36,362 nt of DNA, taken from the NCBI GenBank assembly GCA_031369845.1, contig JANMPL010000243.1:1-36362 (forward strand), written 5' to 3'. Positions within the stretch are counted from its first letter, which is position 1, and each line of letters opens with the position of its first letter. Below, piece after piece: positions 1-8,379 of the stretch. This DNA comes from Chloroflexota bacterium (lineage in GTDB: Bacteria; Chloroflexota; Limnocylindria; Limnocylindrales; CSP1-4). The notes below the pieces were generated by a model. The model searched no databases. It was not told the DNA's origin and saw only the letters and a list, made by a program, of their open reading frames with translations. A program made the position numbers and the translations under genes.

Positions 1-744
1 GGCCAGCCGCCCCTCGCCCTGATCGCGTCGGACGGCGAGCTCTACGGTCACCACCAGCAGTTCCGCGACCTGTTCCTCCAGCGCCTCGTCGCCCCGGAAC
101 CCGCGTCGGCGGATCGCGGCTTCGACGTCGTCCGGCTCGCCGATGCGATCGCCGAGGAGCCGGGCAAACCGCACCCGGTGATCCGGATCGCCGACCGGAC
201 ATCGTGGAGTTGCCATCACGGGGTGTTGCGCTGGTACGCGGAGTGCTCCGACGCGGCCGACGGCCGGTGGAAGGGTCCGCTCCGGGCAGCCTTCGAGCGA
301 CTCGCCGGCGGCATCGATGTCGCGACAGAGGCGGCCTTCCATGAGCTCCCGGGTGCGCCCGACCCGTGGGTGCTCCGGGACGCCTGGGTCGATGTCGTCG
401 CCGGGGCGACCACGGCCGATGCCTTCGTGGCCGAGCATGCCCCGTCAGTGGGGTCGGATGCGGATCGCGGCCGGATCGTCAGCTATCTCGAGGCCCAGCG
501 CTGGCGGCTGGCGATGTTCGCGAGCGACGGCTGGTACTGGGATGACCCGATTCGGATCGAGACGCGCCAGGTGTTGCGCGCCGCTGGCCGCGCGTCCCAG
601 ATCGTTGACGAGGTCGCTGGCACGACACTCGAACCGCGGCTCCTCGACGACCTGTCGCTGTTCGTCTCCCCGTCGCGCGGTCTCAGCGGCGCCGAGATCT
701 ACCGGATCGCCCTCGCCGATGTCGGTCAGCCGGCTCGCGGGTGA
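1..744 (+). CDS. Glycoside hydrolase family 57-like protein, C-terminal part with DUF3536-like domain (5' end outside window)
   Basis: Frame 1 is open from base 1 (GQPPLALIASDGELYGHHQQF...), so the track start at 178 is internal. DGELYGHH resembles a GH57 catalytic-region motif. TSWSCHHGVLRW matches my recollection of the DUF3536 domain that follows GH57 domains. Stop TGA 742-744. Confidence 0.6.
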   Translation, partial: GQPPLALIASDGELYGHHQQFRDLFLQRLVAPEPASADRGFDVVRLADAIAEEPGKPHPVIRIADRTSWSCHHGVLRWYAECSDAADGRWKGPLRAAFERLAGGIDVATEAAFHELPGAPDPWVLRDAWVDVVAGATTADAFVAEHAPSVGSDADRGRIVSYLEAQRWRLAMFASDGWYWDDPIRIETRQVLRAAGRASQIVDEVAGTTLEPRLLDDLSLFVSPSRGLSGAEIYRIALADVGQPARG

Positions 745-748
745 ATCA

Positions 749-780
749 ATCAGCCCGTGGCCTGCGCGCCACGGGCTGAT
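749..780. terminator. 13-bp perfect stem-loop between convergent genes (candidate bidirectional terminator)
   Basis: ATCAGCCCGTGGC (749-761), 6-nt loop, GCCACGGGCTGAT (768-780). It starts 5 nt after the GH57-like stop and lies 38 nt beyond the stop of the minus-strand small ORF. The U-tract is poor on the plus side (TGGTGT). Confidence 0.55.
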
Positions 781-818
781 TGGTGTACGCCGGCTTGACC
801 GGCGAGAGGAGGACGAGG

Positions 819-944
819 TCAGGAAAGGCCGACGCGCGTCGACGAGCCGTAGGAGTCGACCAACCGGTCGCGCGAGTCCGAACCGAACCGGAGCGCTCCA
901 ATCTCGAGCGCGGCGAGTAGCAGAATGATGATGATGAGTTCCAT
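819..944 (-). CDS. 41-aa single-pass membrane peptide (MELIIIILLLAALEIGALRFGSDSRDRLVDSYGSSTRVGLS)
   Basis: Hand-translated ATG 944 to TGA 819; below the track length cut-off. Hydrophobic N-terminus followed by an RFGSDSRD motif resembling small actinobacterial peptides I recall (M-D/E-hydrophobic helix-A-x-R-W/F-G-x-DSR). SD-like GAAGGTGG lies 5 nt upstream. Divergent from the GntR gene. Confidence 0.4.
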   Translation of the reverse strand: MELIIIILLLAALEIGALRFGSDSRDRLVDSYGSSTRVGLS

Positions 945-963
945 GCCGGCCACCTTCGGGCTC

Positions 964-1003
964 CTTGGTATAGTTGATTAGGCCAAATCGTAACTTGGAC
1001 TAG
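964..1003. promoter_or_regulatory. AT-rich divergent control region with a direct repeat CTTGGTATAG / CTTGGACTAG
   Basis: Locally low-GC 65-nt gap between the small ORF and the GntR gene. The 10-mers at 964-973 and 994-1003 share 8/10 positions and start 30 nt apart. The TGGTA half-site is reminiscent of GntR-type GT-N-AC operators. Confidence 0.3.
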
Positions 1004-1009
1004 AGCACT

Positions 1010-2041
1010 GTGTCAACTGACGAAATCAACCCATTACTGGCTCATCAATCCAGCTCGGGCAGCGAGCTCGACGTCGAGCGCGATTCGGATGTCCCGATCT
1101 CGACCCAGATCTACTGGCAGCTCGCCTACCAGATCGATTCCGGTCGGCTGCTGCCCGGCGCTCGCCTCGCGCCGGTGCGCGAGCTCGGTGCCGCACTGCG
1201 AGTAAACCCCAACACGATCCGGGCGGTCTACCGGCGTCTGGCCGACGCGGGCTACGTCATTAGTCGCCACGGTGCGGGGACGCACGTCGCCGACCGGCCA
1301 CCCGAGCGACGCGGGGCCGAAGCCCTCGCAGGCATCGTGGCAGAGATGCTGCGGCGCGCTGCGCAGGCGGGCTTCACGGCCGACGAGGCGGCAGCGGCTG
1401 CCTTCGCCGCGGCTACGGAGCGCAAACGGCCGGGCGCCCAGGTCCAGGTGCTGTTCGCGGAGTGCACGAACGCCGATGCCGGTTACGACGCGGCGCGGCT
1501 GGTTGACGCCTTTCCCGGCCAGATCGAGGCTGAGGGAGCCCTACTCGAAGATCTGCCCGATCGGCTCGATCGGTTCCACTACGACCTCGTCGCGACGACG
1601 ACGTTCCACGCTGACGAGGCGCAGGCTCTCGTCCATGGCCGGGTGCCGGTCGTCGCGATGCTCGTCGGCCCCGGTTACGTCGAGCTCGTCCACGAGATTG
1701 CCGGCCTGAAAGCGGGCTCCCGGATCGGGCTCGTGTGCGCCTCCGAGCGTGGCGCCGATAACATGGCGGAGACCCTGGCCCTATCGGGCACGACCGGGAT
1801 CGAACTGCTCAACGCCACGATGGACGACGAGGCCGGCATCGCGCTGGTCGACCGGACCGCGGACGTCATCCTCCTCTCCCGCGAGGCGTTCGCGAGGGGC
1901 CTCGACAAGCGGTTCGAGCGGCCGGAGCGGATCCGCCAGTGGTCGTATGAGTTCGATCCGTCGGGTCTCGAATTCCTGCGACGCGCGGTCGAGCATGTCA
2001 TCGCGACGCGACGACCCGAGGCAGTCGGCGCCGGAGCGTGA
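1010..2041 (+). CDS. GntR-family transcriptional regulator with a roughly 230-aa alpha/beta C-terminal domain of unassigned type
   Basis: N-terminal winged-HTH signature (ISTQIYWQLAYQIDSGRLLPGARLAPVRELGAALRVNPNTIRAVYRRLADAGYVISRHGAGTHVA). GTG start. 12-nt gap to the downstream GH13 gene. Confidence 0.85.
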   Translation: MSTDEINPLLAHQSSSGSELDVERDSDVPISTQIYWQLAYQIDSGRLLPGARLAPVRELGAALRVNPNTIRAVYRRLADAGYVISRHGAGTHVADRPPERRGAEALAGIVAEMLRRAAQAGFTADEAAAAAFAAATERKRPGAQVQVLFAECTNADAGYDAARLVDAFPGQIEAEGALLEDLPDRLDRFHYDLVATTTFHADEAQALVHGRVPVVAMLVGPGYVELVHEIAGLKAGSRIGLVCASERGADNMAETLALSGTTGIELLNATMDDEAGIALVDRTADVILLSREAFARGLDKRFERPERIRQWSYEFDPSGLEFLRRAVEHVIATRRPEAVGAGA

Positions 2042-2053
2042 CATCCTGTTCCG

Positions 2054-5000
2054 ATGCGGGAGTTGCGGGTCGGACGGTCGTCACGAAAGCGATACGACCT
2101 CGACGAGCGCCACCTCGGCTCGGACGGCCAGCTCCTGGTCGATGAGGTCGCCGCGGCCCGCCGGCTCGCCGCGCGACTGAACGAACGGGCCGCCGGCGGA
2201 GCCCCCAGCGCCCACGCCGGCGAGATCGTCGCCCTGGGCCTCCTTCACCAGGTCGGCCACGCGCTCATCGACAACTACGAGCAGGAAGTCGCCCCGAACG
2301 TCTTCGGCGATGCGCTTCTCGAGCTCGAGACGAAGCTCGGGCGCCGCAAGGTCCACGACGTCCTCGACCGGCTCTCTGCGGAGTTCGGCGCGGAGCCGGG
2401 GCGCCCCGACCTCCTCGAGTCGCTGCTGCTCCTCGACGTCGCGGCGGACAACCCGGCGAGCCAGCCTCTCCATCCACTCGTCGATCCCGGCCCCGTCGCG
2501 GCCGCCAAAGCGTACGACGCGCTGATCCGCGGCCTCGACGGCCTCTTCCGCCTGGAAGGCGACGCGGCGGCGGGCGGCGAGACGCTCGTCGATCTGCTCC
2601 GCGCGCCCGCGCGCCACGCACCGACATCGCTCGCAGGCCAGCTGCGCTACGCCCGTGACCGCTGGGGCAGCATCCTCCCGCCGGAACTGGCGGCACGGCT
2701 CGTCGCTGGCGAGGACCTCCTCGCCGAGGAAGAGCGGGCGCTCCATCTCCGGTTCGGTGGCGGCGGTGGGGGCGGACCGGGCGTCGCGGAGGCGCCGTCG
2801 TTCGCCGGCGCGGACGCGGAGGCTGAGCGATTCAGCATGGACCGCGACTGGATGCCGCGCCTCGTCCTGGCGGCCAAGAGCACGTACGTCTGGCTCGACC
2901 AGATGTCGCGCAGGTACAACCGCGACATCCGGACGCTCGACGCCGTCCCCGACGAGGAGCTCGATGCGCTCGCTCGGCGCGGGATCAGCGGGCTCTGGCT
3001 CATCGGCCTGTGGGAGCGCTCGAAGGCGTCCGAAAAGATCAAGCGCTGGCGCGGCAACGCGGACGCCGTCGCCTCGGCGTATTCCCTCGACGACTACCGA
3101 ATCGCCGCCGATCTTGGCGGCGACGGGGCGCACGCGAACCTCCGCGATCGGGCCGCGGCGCGGGGCATCCGGCTCGCATCGGACATGGTGCCCAACCATA
3201 TGGGGATCGATTCCCGCTGGGTGGTCGAGCACCCCGACCGGTTCGTCTGGGTGCCCGAGCCGCCATTCCCGGCCTACACATACACGGGCGAGAACCTGGC
3301 CGACGACGGTCAGGTCGAGATCCGCCTCGAGGACCATTACTGGAACGACAGCGACGCGGCAGTCGTGTTCGAGCGGCGCGACAGGGCGACGGGCGACGTC
3401 CGCTACGTCTATCACGGCAACGACGGGACCAGCTTCCCGTGGAATGACACCGCCCAGCTCGACTACCTCAAGGCCGACGTCCGAGAGGCGGTCATCCAGA
3501 CCGTCCTCCAGGTCGCTCACCGCTTCCCTGTGATCCGGTTCGACGCCGCGATGGTCCTCGCGAAGCGCCACGTCGAGCGGCTGTGGTGGCCCGAGCCGGG
3601 CCACGGCGGGGCGATTCCGTCGCGGAGCCGGTCCGCGATGAGTCGGGCTGCCTTCGAGGCGCTGATGCCCCACGAGTTCTGGCGCGAGGTCGTCGACCGG
3701 GTGGCCGCGGAAGCCCCGGACACGCTCCTCCTCGCCGAGGCCTTCTGGATGATGGAGGGCTACTTCGTCCGGACCCTCGGCATGCACCGCGTGTACAACA
3801 GCGCCTTCATGCATATGCTCCGCGACGAGGACAACGCGGGCTATCGGAAGGTGATCCGCGACACGCTCGAGTTCGACCCCGAGATCATCAAGCGCTACGT
3901 CAACTTCATGACGAACCCGGACGAGGAAACGGCGATCGAGCAGTTCGGGACCGGCGACAAGTACTTCGGGATCGCCACGCTCCTCGCGACACTGCCGGGT
4001 CTGCCGATGATCGGGCACGGCCAGATCGAGGGTTTCGGCGAGAAGTACGGCATGGAGTTCCGGCGGGCACGGCTCGACGAGCAGCCGAACGAGGAGCTGA
4101 TCGCCCGGTTCGACCGGGAGATCGTGCCGCTCCTCCACGAGCGGGGCCGCTACGCCGGCGCGGCCGATTTCCGGCTCTACGACGTTGGGGGCGCCAGCGG
4201 AGCAGTCATCGACGACGTGTTCGCCTATTCGAACGGACGCGGAGCCGACCGGTCGCTCGTCGTCTACCACAACCGGTTCGAGTCCGCTGCCGGCTGGGTC
4301 CGCAATTCCGTGCCGTTCGCCCGCAAGGCCGACGACGGCGGGAAGACGCTCGTCACGGACACGCTTTCACAGGCACTCGAGATCCCGGCCGACGACGACG
4401 CGTTCGTGGCGTACCGGGAGGCGCGGTCGGGCCTCGAGTACCTGCGACCGGGGCGCGAGCTTGTCGAGCGCGGGCTCTTCGTTGAGCTCGATGCCTACCG
4501 CTGCCTCGTGTTCGGCTCGTTCAGGGAATTGCGGGACAGGCCTGATGCGCGCTGGGCGGAGCTCGCGGTGAAGCTGGGCGGCGGTGGCGTGCACTCGCTC
4601 GACGATGCGCTCGCCGACCTCCGGCTCGCACCGGTCCACGAGGCGGTCACGGCGCTCCTGGCGCCGGATCTCGACCCGGCCGAGGTCGCACGACTGCGAG
4701 CGATCGTGATGGAACGTGCGGGTATTCCGACGGCGCCTGCCACCAAGGGCGCCGCGGCCAAGGGCGCCGCGACTCGTGCGCGTACAGCCGCTGCCCCGCC
4801 GGCGGACCTCGACCCGGCTGTTCGGGCGGCAGCGCTTCTCCACCCGATCGACCGCGACGCCTTTGATCGGCTTCGACTTGGGAAGCCGCTCCGTGGCGCG
4901 GGTCTCGACATCTGGGCGATCTCCCGGACGCGGATCGCGCTCGGCCTCGCCCGTCCATCGAAGCTCCGCATTCCAGCCAGGCTCGCTGCCGCGTGGCTGG

Positions 5001-5248
5001 AGGACCCGGACATCCGGGCCTTCCTCGGCGTGAACGAGTGGGAGGGAGCTACGTGGTTCTCGAAGGAATCGTTCGAGTCGCTCCTTGACCTCGCGGCCGC
5101 GCTGGATCGGGCCGAGGGAGTGAGCCGCACATCACCGTCGATCGACAAGCTTCGACGCGCCGCCGAGGAAGGCGGCTATCGGATCGATCATTTCATCGCC
5201 GCCCTTGAGTCGCCGGCCTCACCGCCCACGCAGCGGCGCTCCCGCTAG
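2054..5248 (+). CDS. Large alpha-amylase-family (GH13-type) glycosyl hydrolase, 1064 aa, with long N- and C-terminal extensions
   Basis: GH13 conserved regions: RLASDMVPNHMG (region I), VIRFDAAMVL (region II, nucleophile Asp), LLLAEAFW (region III, Glu). About 290 aa precede and about 340 aa follow the catalytic core. Confidence 0.85.
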   Translation: MRELRVGRSSRKRYDLDERHLGSDGQLLVDEVAAARRLAARLNERAAGGAPSAHAGEIVALGLLHQVGHALIDNYEQEVAPNVFGDALLELETKLGRRKVHDVLDRLSAEFGAEPGRPDLLESLLLLDVAADNPASQPLHPLVDPGPVAAAKAYDALIRGLDGLFRLEGDAAAGGETLVDLLRAPARHAPTSLAGQLRYARDRWGSILPPELAARLVAGEDLLAEEERALHLRFGGGGGGGPGVAEAPSFAGADAEAERFSMDRDWMPRLVLAAKSTYVWLDQMSRRYNRDIRTLDAVPDEELDALARRGISGLWLIGLWERSKASEKIKRWRGNADAVASAYSLDDYRIAADLGGDGAHANLRDRAAARGIRLASDMVPNHMGIDSRWVVEHPDRFVWVPEPPFPAYTYTGENLADDGQVEIRLEDHYWNDSDAAVVFERRDRATGDVRYVYHGNDGTSFPWNDTAQLDYLKADVREAVIQTVLQVAHRFPVIRFDAAMVLAKRHVERLWWPEPGHGGAIPSRSRSAMSRAAFEALMPHEFWREVVDRVAAEAPDTLLLAEAFWMMEGYFVRTLGMHRVYNSAFMHMLRDEDNAGYRKVIRDTLEFDPEIIKRYVNFMTNPDEETAIEQFGTGDKYFGIATLLATLPGLPMIGHGQIEGFGEKYGMEFRRARLDEQPNEELIARFDREIVPLLHERGRYAGAADFRLYDVGGASGAVIDDVFAYSNGRGADRSLVVYHNRFESAAGWVRNSVPFARKADDGGKTLVTDTLSQALEIPADDDAFVAYREARSGLEYLRPGRELVERGLFVELDAYRCLVFGSFRELRDRPDARWAELAVKLGGGGVHSLDDALADLRLAPVHEAVTALLAPDLDPAEVARLRAIVMERAGIPTAPATKGAAAKGAATRARTAAAPPADLDPAVRAAALLHPIDRDAFDRLRLGKPLRGAGLDIWAISRTRIALGLARPSKLRIPARLAAAWLEDPDIRAFLGVNEWEGATWFSKESFESLLDLAAALDRAEGVSRTSPSIDKLRRAAEEGGYRIDHFIAALESPASPPTQRRSR

Positions 5249-5272
5249 AAGCCAGGTTGGTCATATGCCCGT

Positions 5273-5324
5273 CAGCTGAGCGTTCGTCACGGAGATTCGT
5301 GTCAGCTGCTCGCCTGGAGAGCAG
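5273..5324 (+). terminator. Two overlapping stem-loops downstream of the GH13 gene (weak terminator candidate)
   Basis: CAGCTGA (5273-5279) pairs with TCAGCTG (5302-5308). CTGCTC (5306-5311) pairs with GAGCAG (5319-5324), followed by an A/T-rich ATGATAGAAAT. Lies in the 208-nt convergent gap. Confidence 0.25.
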
Positions 5325-5456
5325 ATGATAGAAATCGCGGCGGGGTGACCGACCGCCCCTGCACGAGGCGCCCTGGCACCCGGCTTCGAACTAGACGAAT
5401 GCTTACGGGGCGGGCATCTGACAGAACTCGCGACGTGAGGGCCGTGCCGCGGCCGC

Positions 5457-7238
5457 TCAGCCGCCGAGTACTAGCCTCCGGAGGATCGGGATCGGCGGCG
5501 TGCCGTGGGCGAGCACCGACTCGAGGTGGTCCCGGTACACGAAGCCCGGCGTCTCGCCGAAGGCACCGACGACGCGCGGATCCGGGACGGCGTCGGCGCC
5601 GCGCGCATCGCCTGACGCCGCGGCGAGTCGGCGACGACGCTCGCGCTCGAGGTCCCACATCGCCATCGACCCGACGAAGTACGTGCAGAGCTGGGTCGAC
5701 GACAGGCGCGCTCGGTCGTACTTGGCACGCGCCTCCGCCTCTTCCTGGAAGCCGCCGTCGACCATCAGCGAGACGGCCTCGGCCTCGGTCATGTCGGCCG
5801 TGTGAATCCCGATGTCGATCATCGCGTTCGTGACCGCTCGGAGGTAGAACTTCCAATGGGTCAGGAGGAGTGCCGGGTCATCCGCTCCGTAGCCCTCATC
5901 GAGCATCACCTGGGTGACGTAGACGGCCCAGCCCTCGGCGAAGACCCCGCTGCCGAAGATCGATCGGGCGATCGAGGGCGAGCGGTTGGCATAGACGCCC
6001 TGGAGGTAGTGGCCCGGCACCGCCTCGTGGATCGTCAGCAGCCGGAGCATCCGGTCGTTGTCCTCGCGGAGGTATGACTCGGCCTGCTCGGGCGTCCAGT
6101 CGTCGGGGATCGGGGTGACCGAGAAGAACGCCTTCTGGCCCTTGTCGAGCGGCCCGGGCGAGTTGAGCATCGCCCCGCCGAAGGACCGCATGAACACCGG
6201 CGTCCAGCGGATCTCGAGCGGCTCATCAGCTAGGCCGATGAGATCCTTGTCCAGGCAGAACGCCTCGATCCGGCCGAGCTCCGCGCGGCAGAAGTCGAGG
6301 ATCGCCTCCCGCTTGGGATGCTCGCGGCCGACCGCGTCGAGGACGCCCCGAACCGCCTCCGAATCGTCGTCCGGCAGCGGCCTGCCCGGGAGCCAGCGCG
6401 GCCAGATCTCACGGGCGATCCGGACCATCTCGGCGCGGACCGCGGCGAACTCGCGGGCGGCCTGCTGTCCGATGGAGTCGATCGTGACATCGTCGGATCC
6501 AAAGGTGTGGAGGAGCTTCCGGGCGAACAGGTCGTTGCCCAGCCGGCCCTCCCCTTCCGAGGCCGGGAGGACGATGTCTCGCACGTGGCTCTCGAAATTC
6601 GAGAGCGCGGCTGTCGCTGCATCGGCGGCGGCCTTGAGTCGCGGAACGATCGCGGCGACGGCCGGATCGCTCGCTTCGGCCGTGGCGGCGGTCTCCAGCG
6701 CGTCGCCGATGAGTTCGGGGATGCCGGGAAGCTGGCTCAGAGCCTTCTCGGTGTGAAATCGGGCGACCGGCCGACCGTCGTGGCCGACCAGGGATTCGCT
6801 GGCGGCCGACAGAACGGCGGGCATGCCCTCGAGTCGACCGGCGACGGACACCAGGCGATCCGCGAGTGGGGCGAAGTCACGGGCGATGAGCGAGAAGATG
6901 CCGTCTCCGAGGAGATAGACCCAGTCGAGCAGGTTCCAGCGCTCTTCCCGCAGATCAACTTCAGAGAACCGGTGGGCGTCGAGCACCGAAAGCAGCAGAT
7001 CCCGGTCCGCCCGCTCGTCGGGCGTCAGCGTCCCGTCATCGAACCCCCTGAGCTCGTCGGTCCAGCGGTCGTAGAAGGCGAGCCGGACCTCCCGGCCGCC
7101 CTCGGTGAGGTCGGGCCAGCGGCCATCGTGATCGTGCATGCCCGCCGACGTCGCCACGACCGGCAAGAGGCTGAAGTACTCGCTGAGCAAAGCGTCGGCG
7201 CGTGCGGCGAAGTCGGACACGGTGCCTCCGTCGAACAT
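5457..7238 (-). CDS. DUF885-family protein (putative metallopeptidase-like)
   Basis: HEAVPGHYLQ motif and overall length fit DUF885. I place the start at ATG 7238 (MFDGGTVSDFAARADALL...), because the track start at 7424 would run antisense into the GNAT gene. Confidence 0.8.
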   Translation of the reverse strand: MFDGGTVSDFAARADALLSEYFSLLPVVATSAGMHDHDGRWPDLTEGGREVRLAFYDRWTDELRGFDDGTLTPDERADRDLLLSVLDAHRFSEVDLREERWNLLDWVYLLGDGIFSLIARDFAPLADRLVSVAGRLEGMPAVLSAASESLVGHDGRPVARFHTEKALSQLPGIPELIGDALETAATAEASDPAVAAIVPRLKAAADAATAALSNFESHVRDIVLPASEGEGRLGNDLFARKLLHTFGSDDVTIDSIGQQAAREFAAVRAEMVRIAREIWPRWLPGRPLPDDDSEAVRGVLDAVGREHPKREAILDFCRAELGRIEAFCLDKDLIGLADEPLEIRWTPVFMRSFGGAMLNSPGPLDKGQKAFFSVTPIPDDWTPEQAESYLREDNDRMLRLLTIHEAVPGHYLQGVYANRSPSIARSIFGSGVFAEGWAVYVTQVMLDEGYGADDPALLLTHWKFYLRAVTNAMIDIGIHTADMTEAEAVSLMVDGGFQEEAEARAKYDRARLSSTQLCTYFVGSMAMWDLERERRRRLAAASGDARGADAVPDPRVVGAFGETPGFVYRDHLESVLAHGTPPIPILRRLVLGG

Positions 7239-7307
7239 TTCGGGTTGAGGGCATCGTACGATCCCGCGGTGACCGACGCCGCCGCCGACTCCGCTTGCCT
7301 CGAGCCC

Positions 7308-7877
7308 GTGACCCTTGAGGGTCACCTCGTCCGGCTGGAGCCGCTCGCCTTCGAGCACGTGCCGGGCCTGGCCGAAGTCGGACTCGATGAAGAGATCTGG
7401 CGCTGGACGCTGGCCCGACCGCACTCCGAGGCGGATTTGCGCGACTGGGCGGCTTCGACGATTGCCGCCCGTGACGCCGGCACGGAGCTACCGTTCGCGA
7501 CGATCGACATCGCGACGGGTCGGCCGATCGGCTCCAGTCGCTACCTGAACATCGTCCTCGAGCACCGCCGGCTGGAGATCGGGTGGACCTGGGTGGCGCC
7601 TGCGTGGCAACGGACCGGGGCCAATCGCGAGGCGAAGCTGCTGATGCTGGAACACGCTTTCGACGATCTCGGGTGCCGGAGAGTCGAGTTCAAGACCGAC
7701 TCGAACAACGAGAAGTCACGACAAGCGCTACTCGGGATCGGGGCCCAGTTCGAGGGGATCTTCCGCAATCACATGGTGATGCCCGGCGGTGGCACGCGGC
7801 ACTCGGCCTGGTACAGCGTGACCGACGAGGAGTGGCCGGGGGTCAGGGCCGGCTTGAAGGCGAAGCTCGGGCGATGA
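7308..7877 (+). CDS. GNAT-family N-acetyltransferase (RimJ/RimL-like)
   Basis: VTLEGHLVRLEPL... through RRLEIGWTWVAPAWQRTGANREAKLLMLEHAFDDLGCRRVEFKTDSNNEKSRQAL is typical of the acetyltransferase fold. Start is ambiguous between in-frame GTG 7308 and GTG 7269. The upstream 330 codons of the track ORF are antisense shadow of DUF885. Confidence 0.8.
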   Translation: MTLEGHLVRLEPLAFEHVPGLAEVGLDEEIWRWTLARPHSEADLRDWAASTIAARDAGTELPFATIDIATGRPIGSSRYLNIVLEHRRLEIGWTWVAPAWQRTGANREAKLLMLEHAFDDLGCRRVEFKTDSNNEKSRQALLGIGAQFEGIFRNHMVMPGGGTRHSAWYSVTDEEWPGVRAGLKAKLGR

Positions 7878-7965
7878 GTGGCCGCGGGCCTCGCCTGAGG
7901 GTCTCGCCAGCGCCCTCGACGTCTGCCATGATCCCGGCACCGTCAGCCCAGAAGGAGACGCACCC

Positions 7966-8376
7966 ATGGTCGAGCTGATCATCCGCATCCTGGTCAACGC
8001 GGCCGCCGTTTGGGTCGCGGTCCAGGTATTGCCGGACAACCTGCTGTCGTTTGAATTCGGCAACGACTGGTGGAAGCTCCTTGTCGTTGCCCTGGTCTTT
8101 GCCCTGGTCAACAGCTACATCAAGCCGATCGTGAAAGCCCTGTCGTTCCCGATCAGCATGATGACCCTCGGGCTCGTCGCGTTTGTCATCAACGCGGCGA
8201 TGCTGCTTCTCGTGGCGCTCGCCTCGGGCCAGCTGAAGCTCGGTTTCAAGGTCGGCACCTTCCCCCCGGACCTCGCTTCGTCCGACACGATCGTCGGAGC
8301 GCTTCTTGGCGCATTGATCATCAGTGTCGTCTCGACCCTCGCCAGCATCGCCCTGACGCCGCGCAAGCTTCTGTAG
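7966..8376 (+). CDS. Phage-holin-family-4 / DUF360-type small membrane protein
   Basis: 136 aa with 4 predicted TM segments. The MVELIIRILVNAAAVWVAVQVLP N-terminus is typical of this family. GAAGGAG RBS lies 8 nt upstream. Confidence 0.7.
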   Translation: MVELIIRILVNAAAVWVAVQVLPDNLLSFEFGNDWWKLLVVALVFALVNSYIKPIVKALSFPISMMTLGLVAFVINAAMLLLVALASGQLKLGFKVGTFPPDLASSDTIVGALLGALIISVVSTLASIALTPRKLL

Positions 8377-8379
8377 GGC

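Noticed and set aside
2081-4270. A 729-aa ORF antisense to the GH13 gene. Similar long antisense or alternative-frame ORFs occur at 10417-11715, 11574-12680, 12731-14632, 30804-32192, 32321-33343 and 34145-35329.
   Set aside because: These are typical high-GC shadow ORFs. Their translations are Arg/Pro/Asp/Glu/Val-rich low-complexity sequence with no recognisable motifs. The opposite-strand frames carry clear enzyme signatures.
5457-7424. The long 5' extensions of track ORFs: DUF885 to 7424, GNAT from 6318, aminotransferase to 14881, LOG to 25440, potD from 32126, sodN from 17457, TPM from 11583.
   Set aside because: The extensions overlap neighbouring genes, lack RBS support or are Arg/Pro-rich. 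Internal starts coincide with RBS motifs, signal peptides or domain N-termini.
7966-8376. The phage holin family gene as a sign of a prophage.
   Set aside because: There are no other phage genes (lysin, terminase, capsid, integrase). The gene sits at the head of a housekeeping lysA string, and this DUF360-type family is widespread in chromosomes.
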